Part shown: piece by piece, positions 42,062-52,820 of the stretch | Layout of the letters: each line of letters begins with the position of its first letter | Position numbering within the stretch: the first letter of the stretch is position 1 | Assembly: GCA_963755995.1 (NCBI GenBank) | Contig: CAVWLQ010000003.1 | Coordinates: 981,580 to 1,045,579 of the forward strand | DNA: 64,000 bases | Source of the DNA: an uncultured Chloroflexia bacterium | GTDB lineage: Bacteria; Chloroflexota; Limnocylindria; Limnocylindrales; CSP1-4 | Direction: 5' to 3' | The notes under the pieces: model-generated | Told to the model about the DNA's origin: nothing | The model's database searches: none | What the model saw: the letters and a program-made list of their open reading frames with translations, nothing else | Translations under genes and position numbers: made by a program

Positions 42062-42969
42062 GTCCGGTCGAGCTCCCGGTGGAAGACGGCGACGGGCCCG
42101 AAGTCCTGCTCGCGCAGCCAGGCCGCGACCTCCTCGGCGATCACGATCGACCGGTGGTAGCCGCCTGTGCAGCCGATGCCGATGGTCAGGCGCGTCTTGC
42201 CCTCGGCGATGTAGGCCGGGACCGCGAACGTCAGGAACTCCTGGAGGAAGGCCGAGGAACCGGCGTCGCGACCGGCTGGTCGAGGACGAACGTCCGGACC
42301 TCGTCGGTCAGCCCGGACAGCGGCCGCAGGTCGGCGACGTAATACGGGTTCTGCATGAACCGGACGTCGAACACGAGGTCGGCCTCGAGCGGCACGCCGT
42401 GCTTGAACCCGAAGCTGATGAGCTGGAACGCGAGCTGGTCCGGGCGGACATCGGTCGCGAGCGATGCGAACAGCCGCTCGCGCAGCTGGCGGAGCGAAAG
42501 GTCGGAGGTGTCGAGGACCACGTCCGCCTCGGCCCGGACGCGGCTCGAGCCGGCGACGTTCCTCGGCGATCGAGTTGGCGATGCCGCGTTCGTCGCCGAG
42601 CGGGTGCCGATGGCGCGTCTCGCTGAACCGGCGGATCAGGACGTCGTCGCTGGCCTCGAGGAACACGACCCGCGGGCGGATCCCGCGGCCCTCCAGCGCA
42701 CCGCGCATCGCGGCGAGGGCCAGGGTGGCGTCGCCGGAGCGGACGTCGAGGACGATCGCGATCCGCGCGAACCGCTGGCGGTCCCCCGACACGAGCTCGG
42801 CGAGATCGGGCAGCAGCTCACCGGGGAGGTTGTCGACGACCGTGTAGCCGAGGTCCTCGAACAGCTTGGCGGCGGCCGTCTTGCCGCCACCGGACAGGCC
42901 GCTGACGATGACGACGGCCGGCTCGGTCACGGCGTCTGTCGGTGGCCGATACCCGGCCGCGTCGGTCAC
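42058..42969 (-). CDS. rapZ: RNase adapter / nucleotide-binding protein RapZ (YvcJ), two compensating frameshifts (about 42520 and about 42245)
   Basis: The P-loop N-terminus (VIVSGLSGGGKTAAAKLFEDLGY) and the C-terminus (FLQEFLTFAVPAYIAEGKTRLTIGIGCTGGYHRS) share one frame. The genuine middle part (VLDTSDLSLRQLRERLF...ISFGFKHGVPLEADLVFDVRFMQNPYY...) is in ORF 42231..42521. Confidence 0.85.
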   Translation of the reverse strand: MTDAAGYRPPTDAVTEPAVVIVSGLSGGGKTAAAKLFEDLGYTVVDNLPGELLPDLAELVSGDRQRFARIAIVLDVRSGDATLALAAMRGALEGRGIRPRVVFLEASDDVLIRRFSETRHRHPLGDERGIANSIAEERRRLEPRPGRGGRGPRHLRPFAPPAARAAVRIARDRCPPGPARVPAHQLRVQARRAARGRPRVRRPVHAEPVLRRRPAAAVRADRRGPDVRPRPAGRDAGSSAFLQEFLTFAVPAYIAEGKTRLTIGIGCTGGYHRSIVIAEEVAAWLREQDFGPVAVFHRELDRT

Positions 42970-43772
42970 CGACCGCTGCGCCGGATGAACAGGACCGTCA
43001 GCTCGAACAGGACGTACATGGTGCCGCCCAGCACGATCGGGCTGACGAGGTCACCGCCTGGGGTCGCGACCGCGGCGAAGACCGCGATGCCCAGGATGAT
43101 CATCCGGCGCGAGGACGTCAGCCGCTCCGACGTGACGATGCCGACCCGCGACAGCCCGACCAGGATGATCGGGAACTCCATGATCAGCCCGAACACGAGG
43201 AACAGGGTCGTGACGAAGTCGAAGTACGGACCGGCGGCCGGCTGGGCGACCAGGCAGTTGCTGACGCAGGTCGCCGGGTCGTCGGTGAAGCTGAACAGGA
43301 ACGCGATCGCGTACGGCAGGATGAAGTAGGCGATCGCGACGCCCATGGCAAAGAACAGGAGCGCGAGCGGGATCCACGGTCGGACCGTCTTGCGTTCGCT
43401 CGGGGTCAGCCCCGGGGCGACGAATGCCCAGAGCTGATAGAGCAGGATCGGCATGGCCAGGATGATCCCGGTCACGATCGAGATCTTCATCTGGATGACG
43501 AACGCGTCGCCGATCCCCAGGACCTGGACCTCGCGGCCCAGAGGGGCGATCAGGAAGCCCCGGATGTCGGTCGCGAAGACGAAGCCGACGGCCGACGCGA
43601 CCGCGACCGCGAGGATCGACTTGAACAGGCGGTTCCGGAGCTCGGTGAGGTGGTCGACGAGCGACATCACCGTCTCGTCGCCGGGCGTCAGCGCCGGCGG
43701 GCTCGGTTCAGGATCGGGCGATGCTGGACGACCGGTGACACCCGGCTCGAGCAGGGCGTCGGCGTCTGCCAT
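42966..43772 (-). CDS. tatC: twin-arginine translocase subunit TatC
   Basis: MSLVDHLTELRNRLFKS..., 6 TM helices, ...PGLTPSERK.... The true start could be the internal ATG at 43667. Confidence 0.88.
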   Translation of the reverse strand: MADADALLEPGVTGRPASPDPEPSPPALTPGDETVMSLVDHLTELRNRLFKSILAVAVASAVGFVFATDIRGFLIAPLGREVQVLGIGDAFVIQMKISIVTGIILAMPILLYQLWAFVAPGLTPSERKTVRPWIPLALLFFAMGVAIAYFILPYAIAFLFSFTDDPATCVSNCLVAQPAAGPYFDFVTTLFLVFGLIMEFPIILVGLSRVGIVTSERLTSSRRMIILGIAVFAAVATPGGDLVSPIVLGGTMYVLFELTVLFIRRSGR

Positions 43773-43793
43773 GGTCGGTTCGAGCGGGACCTG

Positions 43794-44114
43794 CTAGCTC
43801 GCGACGGTCGACGAGTCGGACGTCGGCGGGGCCGGAGCGGCGGTCGGCGTCGGATCGGCTGGGGGCGCGGCGACAGCGGCGGCGACTGCGGCAGCCGGTG
43901 CGGCAGGTGCAGCCGGGGCCGCGGGTGTGGCCGGGAGCGGCGAGGTGTCCACGTCGACCTTGACCGATTCCTGGATGTCCGTGGACGCCTTGCGGAACTC
44001 GCGGATGCTCTTGCCGAGCGACGAACCGACTTCCGGGAGCTTGCCCGGTCCGAGGATCAGCAAGGCGATCACGAGGATGATGATGAGCTCTGGGGCTCCG
44101 ATGTTCGGCAGCAT
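43794..44114 (-). CDS. tatA: twin-arginine translocase subunit TatA/E
   Basis: The internal ATG at 44114 has AGGAG upstream. MLPNIGAPELIIILVIALLILGPGKLPEVGSSLGKSIREFRKA is followed by an Ala/Pro-rich tail. The upstream 135 codons of the ORF are rejected. Confidence 0.88.
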   Translation of the reverse strand: MLPNIGAPELIIILVIALLILGPGKLPEVGSSLGKSIREFRKASTDIQESVKVDVDTSPLPATPAAPAAPAAPAAAVAAAVAAPPADPTPTAAPAPPTSDSSTVAS

Positions 44115-44191
44115 CTGAATGCTCCTGTCGGTGGGCTGCGTCTGAACGATCCCTCGTGGGATCGACCGTGGTCGAACCCTTCCCGCGCCGG

Positions 44192-45070
44192 TTAGGGTAG
44201 CACAGGGAGTCGCGAAGCCCAGTCGGCGGCGGCTGCCGCGAGACGCTCGCCGGGATCGCCTGGACCCCCGTCGCCGGGCGCCTCGATCGCGGCCCGCGCG
44301 ATGGCTCGCGAGACGTTGACCACGAGGCCGCCCCCTCGACCTCGACCCGCCGGCGCGGCGGTCGCGGGCCCGTCGCGCAGGACGGGATCGATGTCGCCGC
44401 CCTGCGTGCCGATGCCCGGCACCAGGAAGCCGAGGCCGGGCGCAGCCGCCCGGATCGCCGTCAGCTCCTCCGGGGCCGTCGCCCCGACGACGAGACCGAC
44501 CGTCCCGCCGGGTCCCCACCCGGCCACGTGCCGGGCGACGCGGATGTGCAGCGGTTCGGCCGGGGCGTCGATGGCCGGATCGGCCGCCACGACCAGGTTC
44601 TGGAACTCGGCCGCCTCGGGGTTGGACGTCCGACAGAGGACATAGGCGTAGCGGTCGACCCGTTCGAGGAGCGGTTCGATGGCCCGGCCGCCGGGGTACG
44701 GATTGACCGTGACCGCGTCCGCGCCGAGGACGTCGAAGAGCGCGACCGCGTGCCGTGCCGCGGTCGACCCGATGTCGGCCCGCTTGGCATCGAGGATGAC
44801 CGGGATCACGGCCGGGATCCGCGCCCGGATGCGCTCCAGCGCCGCCAGCCCTGGGGAACCGAGAGCCTCGTAGAAGGCCAGGTTCGGCTTGATCGCGGCG
44901 GCGAACGGACCCGCGGCCTCGATCAGCAGGCTGGCGAACCGCTCGACGCCGGCGACGTCCGCCGAGAAGCCGGTCGGAAGCTCACGCGGATCGGGATCGA
45001 GGCCGAGGCACAGGACCGTGCCCACGGCGGCGGTCCGGGTCGCCAGCCGGTCGAGGTAGGAGTCCGTCAC
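44192..45070 (-). CDS. pyrF: orotidine 5'-phosphate decarboxylase, type 2
   Basis: 292 aa. LCLGLDPD..., ...ILDAKRADIGSTA..., ...LVPGIGTQGG... Confidence 0.88.
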   Translation of the reverse strand: MTDSYLDRLATRTAAVGTVLCLGLDPDPRELPTGFSADVAGVERFASLLIEAAGPFAAAIKPNLAFYEALGSPGLAALERIRARIPAVIPVILDAKRADIGSTAARHAVALFDVLGADAVTVNPYPGGRAIEPLLERVDRYAYVLCRTSNPEAAEFQNLVVAADPAIDAPAEPLHIRVARHVAGWGPGGTVGLVVGATAPEELTAIRAAAPGLGFLVPGIGTQGGDIDPVLRDGPATAAPAGRGRGGGLVVNVSRAIARAAIEAPGDGGPGDPGERLAAAAADWASRLPVLP

Positions 45071-46302
45071 TGAGGCGCGGCAGAGCCGCCGGCGCTCGGG
45101 GCCGATGAGACGACGGGTGCCGGCGTGACCGCCGGACGCTGGTCTGGCGGCACGAACCAGCCCGGGCGTGATTCGCCGTCGAGGCCCGAAACCTCGGTCA
45201 GGTCGGTGATGTCCTTGACGGTCCAGTCTGGCGCGGTGCCGTCGAGGCGCGCCAGCTTGAGGTCGACGATCTGGCCCTGGATGTTGAGGAACGCGATCGC
45301 GTCGCCGTTCGGCGACCAGACCGGCGCCCAGGACGCCCCATCGTTCGTCACCCGCAGGAGCTCACGTCCATTGCCGGCATCGAGGATCGCGATGTCGTTG
45401 CCGAAGCTGCTCGTCTTGGTCACCGCGATGAAGCGGCCGTCCGGCGAGTACGAGGGCTCGAGGTAGCCCGGTCCGGTCAGCGGCGCACCCTTGGCCTTGG
45501 CGACGTCGTAGCGAACGATCACCGGTGCGCCCTTCGGGCCGTCACGCCCGTTGCGGACGTAGAGCAGGACCTTGCCATCCGGCCGCCAGGTCGGATCCTG
45601 GTGCCCGAGCGGCGGCGTCTCGCCGAGCGGCGGGACCTTCGACTTCTTGCTGACGAGGTCGTAGAACTGGAGGACGACGTCGCTCTGCGATGGGTCGGGC
45701 CGGTCCGAGACCATGGCCATCGTGTGACCATCCGGCGACAGTGCCGGCTCGCGGATCCAGGAATGCCAGACCCGGCCGTTCTTCGTGACCCGGCCGTTCA
45801 GGATCCGCACGGGATCGCCGCTGCCGTCGGCCTTGACCCGCATGATGTTCGGGATCGTCATCTGGTAGTCCCGCAGGACCCCGCCCGCCGGCCAATGACC
45901 GATGCCGTCGGTGGTCCGGATGAAGTACACGCTGCTCCCGTCCGGAGCCCACGACGGCATCGAATCGTTGCCGCCGCTGGTCAGCTGCTTGGCGTCCTTG
46001 CCGGTCTGGACCCAGATGTTGCCGGCCTTCGCGTAGACGATCGTGCCCGGGAACGTCACGACCTCGGGCGGGATGACGACGACGTTCGACGGGGCCGGCG
46101 TCGCGGTCACTTCGCCACCGCCGTTGTTGCCAGTGCCGGCGGTCCCGCCTTTGGTCGTACCGACGAACGGGATGTCGCCGTTGAGCAGGCTGAGCGTGAC
46201 TAGGGCGATGATGAGCAATCCGACGATCGACAGGACGGGTGCCAGCCAGCGACCGACCGACACACTCGGCCGCGAGGAGGGCGCCGACGCCCGGTTCGTC
46301 AT
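45067..46302 (-). CDS. membrane-anchored TolB-like / PD40 beta-propeller repeat protein
   Basis: Start at ATG 46302, overlapping the recJ stop (ATGA). There is an N-terminal TM followed by repeated ...SWAPDGSSVYF..., ...LSPDGHTMAMV..., ...WRPDGKVLLYV..., ...YSPDGRFIAV..., ...WSPNGDAIAF... PD40 motifs. Confidence 0.75.
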   Translation of the reverse strand: MTNRASAPSSRPSVSVGRWLAPVLSIVGLLIIALVTLSLLNGDIPFVGTTKGGTAGTGNNGGGEVTATPAPSNVVVIPPEVVTFPGTIVYAKAGNIWVQTGKDAKQLTSGGNDSMPSWAPDGSSVYFIRTTDGIGHWPAGGVLRDYQMTIPNIMRVKADGSGDPVRILNGRVTKNGRVWHSWIREPALSPDGHTMAMVSDRPDPSQSDVVLQFYDLVSKKSKVPPLGETPPLGHQDPTWRPDGKVLLYVRNGRDGPKGAPVIVRYDVAKAKGAPLTGPGYLEPSYSPDGRFIAVTKTSSFGNDIAILDAGNGRELLRVTNDGASWAPVWSPNGDAIAFLNIQGQIVDLKLARLDGTAPDWTVKDITDLTEVSGLDGESRPGWFVPPDQRPAVTPAPVVSSAPSAGGSAAPQ

Positions 46303-48066
46303 GCGACGCTCCCGGCCAGGACCGGGATGCCCCGGTCGGCCAGGATCGCGGCCGAGCCCGGATGGCTGCCCGACGTGGCCACGTCGCGGATGTCGAGCTG
46401 GAGTGATTCGAACCCGCCGAAGACCCGGCTGGTCAGGCGGGCGACGACGTCGACGACGTCGCCCTCGTGGACGGTCTCCGCGATGTCGGCCCGGCCGAAG
46501 GCGATCCCGTCCAGCACGTCCCGGTCGCGGCGCAACGTCAGCTGACTGTGGCCGCCGGTCGCCGCCCGGACGCGGGTGACGGTCAGGCCGAGGACCGCGA
46601 CCAGCGGGTCGGGGTTGCCCGGGCCGCACGGCGCGAGCCCCGCGAACTCACGAAACAGCGCGTAGTCCACGTCGCGGGCGGGCAGCGCGAGATCCAGCGC
46701 GATGGCGGTTCGCGGGTCCGGCGGCGCGCTGTCCGCGGCAAGCGCGAGGAAGCGCGTACGGAACTCGTCCCAGCGCTCGGTCGCGATCTCGAACCCGGCC
46801 GCACCGGCATGGCCGCCGAACCGGATGAACAGGTCCGCGCAGCGTTCGAGCGTGGCCCCAAGGTCCAGCGACCCGTCGCTCCGGCACGAGGCACGGACGA
46901 CGCCGCCGAGGTCCGCTCCGACGACCGCGGGCCGGCCCCGGTCCTCGACCAGCCGGGCCGCGACCAGCCCGACGATCCCGACGCTCCAGGGCCCGCGAAC
47001 GACGGTCGCGCCGTCCGTGCCGGCAGCGTCCGCCACGGCCGTGCGCGCTTCCGCGACGGCGGTCTTCATGAGGTCGCGCCGGGTGACGTTGGCAGCCTCG
47101 AGCGCGTCGGCATGGACCGCCGCCTCGGCCGCGTCGTCGGCCAGCAGGAGCCGGGCCGCCTCGAGCGCCTCCCCGACCCGCCCCGCCGCGTTGAGCCGTG
47201 GCGCGATCGCGAAGGAGACCGTCTCGAGATCCACCGCGGCCGGCGCGAGGCGCGCCCGCTCGAGCAGCGCGGCGATGCCCGGCCGCGGCGCCCGGCGCAT
47301 GCGTTCGAGGCCAAGCCGCGCGATGGACCGGTTCTCGCCGACAACCGGTGCGACGTCCGCGACCGTCCCGATCGTGGCCAGGTCGGCCAGATCGAGGGCA
47401 GCGGCCGGGCCGCCGGGCTCCCCCGCGAGGAGCAGCTGGGCGACCTTGAACGCGACGCCGCTGCCGGCCAGACGACGGTCCGGGTAGGTGGCATCCGGCC
47501 GGTGCGGGTTGACGATCGCGAGCGCCGCGGGCATGACGCTCGGGACGCGGTGGTGGTCCGTGATGATGACGTCGAGTCCCCGTTCGTTGGCGACGGCGAC
47601 CTCCGCGACGCTCGTCGACCCGCAGTCGACGGTCACGATGACGCTCGACCCGCCCGCGACCGCGGCATCGATCGCGGCGAGCGACAGGCCGTGGCCCTCG
47701 TCGAGCCTGCTCGGGACGTACGGCTCGACGACGAGTGCCGAACCGGCGAAGCGCGAGGGTCATGATGGCCAGCCCGGTCAGCCCGTCCGCGTCGAAATCG
47801 CCGAAGACCAGGACGCGTTCGGCGCGGTCGCGCGCAGTCCGGAAGCGTTCCAGCACCCGGTCCGCATCGGGCAGCAGCCGCGGATCATGGAGGCCGCTCA
47901 GGGGCTCCGCGAACCACGCCGCCACGTCCGCGTCCGTGGTCGCGCCGCGCGACGCGAGGAGGGTGGCGAGGCGAGTCGTGATCCCCCGCTCCGTCGCCAG
48001 CGCGGTCACCGACGCGGCGGGCCCCTCACGGTCCGGGAAGGTCCAGCGGTACCGGGGTTCGATCAC
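46299..48066 (-). CDS. recJ: single-stranded-DNA-specific exonuclease RecJ, frameshift near 47733
   Basis: The N-terminus with the DHH motif (VLVFGDFDADGLTGLAIM) is in ORF 46648..48066. The continuation (...VTVDCGSTSVAEVAVANERGLDVIITDHH...) is in ORF 46299..47636. Length is 1768 nt, which is 1 mod 3. Confidence 0.85.
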
Positions 48067-48126
48067 GGCGTCAGGATGCCACTTCGGGCTGCACCGCGGA
48101 TCATCCGGGGCAGCTCGTGGCCGGTC

Positions 48127-49303
48127 TCAGGAGGCCGAGCGCCGGACCCGGGGGCTGCGAGCCGCGGTCAGCCGGCCATGCCGGCGATCGTCCCAGAGCT
48201 GCCAGTCCACGAGCAACGGGCTCGCCACGAAGATCGACGAGTAGGTTCCAGAGATGATCCCGACCAGCAGGGCGAGGACGAAGTCCTGGATCGCCGCGCC
48301 GCCGAACAGGAGCAGCGCGAGGAGCGTCAGCACCACGGTCAGGCTGGTCATGATCGAGCGCCCGAAGGTCTGCAGGATCGAGTGGTTGACGATCGCTTCG
48401 AACGGTTCGCCGGCGTGGCGCGCCTTGTTCTCGCGGACGCGGTCGAACACGACGATCGTGTCGTGGACGCTGAAGCCGATGACGGTCAGCATCGCGGTCA
48501 CGAACAGCGCGTCGATCTCGACGTGGAAGAACGTGCCGAGGATGGCGAACACGCCGACGACGACGATCACGTCGTGGAGCAGGGCGATCAGGGCGGTCAC
48601 GCCGAACTTGACGTCACGGAACCGGTAGGTGATCCACAGCAGGATCCCGATCGAGCCGACCAGGATGAGCACCAGCGCCTGCGAGATCAGGTCGCTGCTG
48701 ACCACGGCGCCGATGGTCGTCAGGCTGCGCTGCTCGGCGATCGGGCCGAGCTCCGTCTGGAGCGCCCGGGCCACCTCACCGAGCGTTCCCTGGGTCGGGA
48801 TCTCCGTGTTGCCGGTGGCGGGCGGCGGCGATGCGGATGGGCCGGGCGAGGCCCCGGGCGAGCCGGACGGCGCGGGCGACCCGGACGGAGCCGGTGACGC
48901 GCTCGGGTTCGCGGATGGGCTGGCCGACGGTGCCGCGCTGGAGCTGGCCGCCGGGCTGCCGCTGGCGCGCCGGCGCCCGGCGAGGCGCTCGTGCTCGGCG
49001 GCGGCCGAGGGGACGACCTCGAGGAAGTCGGCCGGCTTCTCGGTCTTGATCTCGATGAAGCCCGAGCCGGTGCGTGATCGCGGTCGCCTCGAGACCCTTG
49101 CTGGCGAACACCGCCTCGACCTGGTCGGGCGTGACGTTCGGGTCCTCGAAGCGGATCTCCCACTTCGTCCCGCCGGTGTAGTCGATGGTGAACTGCAGGC
49201 CCGCGTCCGTGAACGGCGTGAGCAGGATGAAGAAGAGCCCGGGGATGGTGAAGGCCAGCGAGATCAGATAGAACCATCGCCGCTTCGCGATGACGTCAAA
49301 CAC
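48127..49303 (-). CDS. secF: protein translocase subunit SecF, +1 frameshift near 49069, with a Ser/Pro/Ala-rich insertion
   Basis: The GTG at 49303 (VFDVIAKRRWFYLISLAFTIPGLFF...) overlaps the secD stop region. The C-terminal half is in ORF 48127..48774. My own translation shows that this frame stays open upstream through a low-complexity linker. Length is 1177 nt, which is 1 mod 3. Confidence 0.85.
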
Positions 49304-50658
49304 GCGCGCGCGCCTCGCGGCGGGAGGACGGACGGGTGGCACCCAGCGCGACGAACTCGTCCTCGCGCAGGCCGTACAGGGCGGGCTTCCTCGCCCACTC
49401 CTGGCGGACGACCCAGCGCAGGATCGTGCGGGTCACGACGATGGCGCTGAACATCGAGACGAGGACGCCGATGATCAGGACCAGCGCGAAGCCGCGGATG
49501 GTCGACGAGCCGAAGGCGTACAGGATCGTCGCCGTGATCAGGCTCGACACGTTCGAGTCGAGGATCGAGTTCCAGGCCCGATTGAAGCCCGCCTCGACGG
49601 CGGCCGGCAGGGACTTGCCGACGCGCAGCTCCTCCTTCATCCGCTCGAAGATCAGGATGTTGGCGTCGACCGCCATGCCCACCGAGAGCACGAAGCCCGC
49701 GATCCCGGCCAGGGTCAGGGTGACCGGCACGAGCCGGAAGATGGCGTACATGACGAGCGTGTAATAGATGAGCGCGAAGCTCGCCACGCCGCCCGGCAGG
49801 CGGTAGTAGATGAGCATGAACGCGAAGACGAGCGCGATGCCGATGAGGCCGGCCAGCACGGTCTGGACGAGGAACTGCGTCCCCAGCGTCGCGCTGATCT
49901 GCTCGCTCGAGAGCGCGGTGATCGGGAACGGCAGCGAGCCGAACTTGAGGACCGTGACGAGATCCGTCGCGGCCTTCGCCGAGAAGCCGGCCAGTCCGCC
50001 GCCGGTGATCTGGACGTTGCCGTTCGGGATGGAGTTCTGGATGACCGGCGCCGAGATCACGCTGTTGTCGAGGGTGATCGCGAAGTAGGCGCCGACGTTC
50101 TTCGCCGTGTAGTCGGCGAACTTGTTCTTGCCCGTCGTCCTTGAGGACGAAGTCGACCGCGGGCCGGCCGTTCTGGTCCGTGCCGACCGTCGCCGAGGCG
50201 ACCTGGTCGCCGCTGAAGAGCGGCGGGTATGTCTTGGGATCGAGGATCTGGCCCTCGGTCGCCTGGGTCTGTCCGAGCGGGACGAAATCGAGCCGGCCGG
50301 TCGTGCCGACGAGCTTGCGGACGGCTTCCGGATCGGTCACGCCCGGCAGCTCGACGACCACGCGGTCGGCGCCCTGGGTGGTGACGACGGGCTCGGACAC
50401 GCCGGTCGTGTTGACCCGGCGCTCGACGATGTCCTTGATGATCGCCATGTCGCCCGGGGTCGGCGTCTTGCCCTCGACCGGGACGGCCTGGTACTCGACC
50501 CGGAGGCCGCCGGAGAGGTCGAGGCCGAGCTTGGTCTCGACCAGCCGCCAGGTCCCGTCGGCGCTCGACGAGTCGGGCAGCTTGAGCCCCGGGAAGAAGA
50601 CGACGATCAGGGCGAGGATCCCGATGAGCAGGATCAGGATGGGCCCGGCTTTACGCAT
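49296..50658 (-). CDS. secD: protein translocase subunit SecD, +1 frameshift at CCC 50131-50133
   Basis: The N-terminus is in ORF 49264..50658 (to ...AVDFVLKDDG) and the C-terminus in ORF 49296..50060. Deleting one base reads ...DGKNKFADYTAKNVGAYFAITLDNSVISAPVIQNSI.... Length is 1363 nt, which is 1 mod 3. Confidence 0.88.
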
Positions 50659-50894
50659 CGAGGCGGGATGTTACACGGGATGAGGCCGTACCGCGTGGAA
50701 CGCGACGGACTTGGTCTGACCTGTGTCGCTCCGCGGTCGGCGGGCGGCCGGCTGGATCGGCGGTGGGCATCTGGGCTCGGTCCCCTCGGGCAGAGAGACC
50801 CATATCGGGTCGATCCGGACGACCATATCGCCGCGCGGTAACGGTCCGGTCACCCGGATGGTTAATTCCTCACAACCGATGCCACGCGACCGCG

Positions 50895-52745
50895 TCAGGC
50901 CTCGAGGGTCGCCTTGATCCTGGCCGCGAGCGACGGTCCGATGCCGGGCACCGCGGCGATCTGCTCGACCGGCGCGTCGCGGACCCGCTTGATCGAGCCG
51001 AACACCTTGAGCAGCTCGCGCTTCCGCTTCGGACCGACGCCGGGCAGGTCGTCGAACGCCGACCGGACGCTCCGCCGCGCCCGCAGGTCGCGGTGGTACG
51101 TGATCGCGAACCGGTGCGCCTCGTCGCGCAGACGCTGGACCAGATAGAGCGCCGGTGACGTCGCCGGCAGGACGATGGGCACCGTCGCGTCCGGCAGGAA
51201 CAGCTCCTCGCGCTCCTTGGCCAGTCCGGCCAGGGGCAGGTCGTGCAGCCCGAGCTCGTCGAGGACGGCCTTTGCGGCGCTGACCTGGCCCTTGCCGCCG
51301 TCGACGATGACGAGGTCGGGCATCGCCCAGCGGCGCGCCTCCTCCACCCCCTCCTCCCCGTTCCGCACGGAGCGGAAGCGGCGGCGCAGGACCTCCTGGT
51401 GGCTGGCGAAGTCGTTCGGGCCGGTGACGGTCTTGATCTTGAACCGCCGGTACTCGCCCGAGCTCGGCTTGCCGTCCTCGAAGACGACCATGCTGCCGAC
51501 CGATTCGCTGCCCTGGAAGTTGCTGATGTCGTAGCACTCGATCCGCGCGGGCGGACCGGGCAGGCCGAGCGCCTCCGCCAGCTCCTCGAGAGCGGCGAGC
51601 GTCTTGCCCTGGTCGGCGAGCCAGCGCGCCTGCTCGCGCGCGAGCGTCTCGCCCGCGTTGCGCGTGGCGAGGACGAGCAGCTCGCGCTTCTCGCCCCGTT
51701 GGGGCACGTGGAGGTGGACCGGTCCGCCCCGGCGCTCCGCGAGGAACGCCTCCAGGACGGCCGTCTCGGCCACGGCCGACGGGACGTAAACCTCGCGCGG
51801 GATCGAGCCGGCCCGGCTGTAGTACTGCTCGAGGAAGCTGGTCAGGACCTCGTCATCGGCCGCCTCCCGGGCCGCGTCCAGCAGGAACACGTCGCGCCCG
51901 ATCATCTTGCCGTCGCGGATCACGAACAGCTGGATGGCGGCCTGGTTGTCCTGGCGGGCGAGGCCGAGGAGGTCCAGCTCGGTCTTGGCGAAGGCCGCCA
52001 TCTTCTGGCTCTCCATCGTCCGCTCGATGGCCCGGATCTTGTCGCGCAGGACGGCCGCCCGCTCGTACTCGGTGTGCTCGGCGGCGATCGCCATGTCCTT
52101 CTCGAGCGCCTTGACGAGCGTCTCCTGGCGGCCCTCGAGGAAGAGCTCGACCTGCTCGATGTCCGCCCGGTAGTCGTCCTTCGAGATCGCCGTGATGCAC
52201 GGACCCTGGCAGCGCTTGATGTGATACAGGAGGCAGGGCCGCTGGAGGGCGCGCACCCCGTCCTTGATGTCGATCGTGCAGGTGCGGAACGGGAACAGAC
52301 GCCGGACGAGGTTCATCGATTCGTCGACGCTCGAGGCGGAGGCGTACGGGCCGAAGTAGCGGCTGCCGTCGTTGACCAGCTTGCGGGTTCGCTCGACGCG
52401 CGGGAACTCGTCGCTCAGGGTCACCTTGATGTACGGGTAGCTCTTGTCGTCCTTCAGCCGGACGTTGAAGCGCGGCCGGTAGCGCTTGATGAGGTTCGCC
52501 TCGAGGAGCAGGGCCTCGGAGACCGAGTCCGTCTGGGTGACCTCGACGTCGACGACCCGGTCGATGACGCTCCGGATCCGGTGGATCTCGCCCCCGGGCG
52601 CCTGCTTCTGCCAGTACGAGCGCACGCGGTTGCGGAGGCTCTGGGCCTTGCCGACATAGACGACGTCGCCCCGGGCGTCCTTCATGAGGTAGACGCCGGG
52701 CCGGTCGGGCAGCTTGGCCAGCGCGGATGAGAGCTCGGGGGTCAC
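50895..52745 (-). CDS. uvrC: excinuclease ABC subunit C
   Basis: 616 aa, intact. It has a GIY-YIG N-terminus (PGVYLMKDARGDVVYVGKAQSLRNRVRSY), a UVR domain and a C-terminal HhH. Confidence 0.93.
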   Translation of the reverse strand: MTPELSSALAKLPDRPGVYLMKDARGDVVYVGKAQSLRNRVRSYWQKQAPGGEIHRIRSVIDRVVDVEVTQTDSVSEALLLEANLIKRYRPRFNVRLKDDKSYPYIKVTLSDEFPRVERTRKLVNDGSRYFGPYASASSVDESMNLVRRLFPFRTCTIDIKDGVRALQRPCLLYHIKRCQGPCITAISKDDYRADIEQVELFLEGRQETLVKALEKDMAIAAEHTEYERAAVLRDKIRAIERTMESQKMAAFAKTELDLLGLARQDNQAAIQLFVIRDGKMIGRDVFLLDAAREAADDEVLTSFLEQYYSRAGSIPREVYVPSAVAETAVLEAFLAERRGGPVHLHVPQRGEKRELLVLATRNAGETLAREQARWLADQGKTLAALEELAEALGLPGPPARIECYDISNFQGSESVGSMVVFEDGKPSSGEYRRFKIKTVTGPNDFASHQEVLRRRFRSVRNGEEGVEEARRWAMPDLVIVDGGKGQVSAAKAVLDELGLHDLPLAGLAKEREELFLPDATVPIVLPATSPALYLVQRLRDEAHRFAITYHRDLRARRSVRSAFDDLPGVGPKRKRELLKVFGSIKRVRDAPVEQIAAVPGIGPSLAARIKATLEA

Positions 52746-52820
52746 GTCACGATCGTACGGCGAAAACGTGAAAGGGACGGGCTCGAGGCCCGTCCCTTTC
52801 GTGCGCTGTGGCGATGGTCG

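Noticed and set aside
48830-48960. Short GC-rich tandem-like DNA repeats that could be mistaken for a repeat array or CRISPR
   Set aside because: They are imperfect and lack unique spacers. They lie inside secF, where they encode the Ser/Pro/Ala-rich linker.
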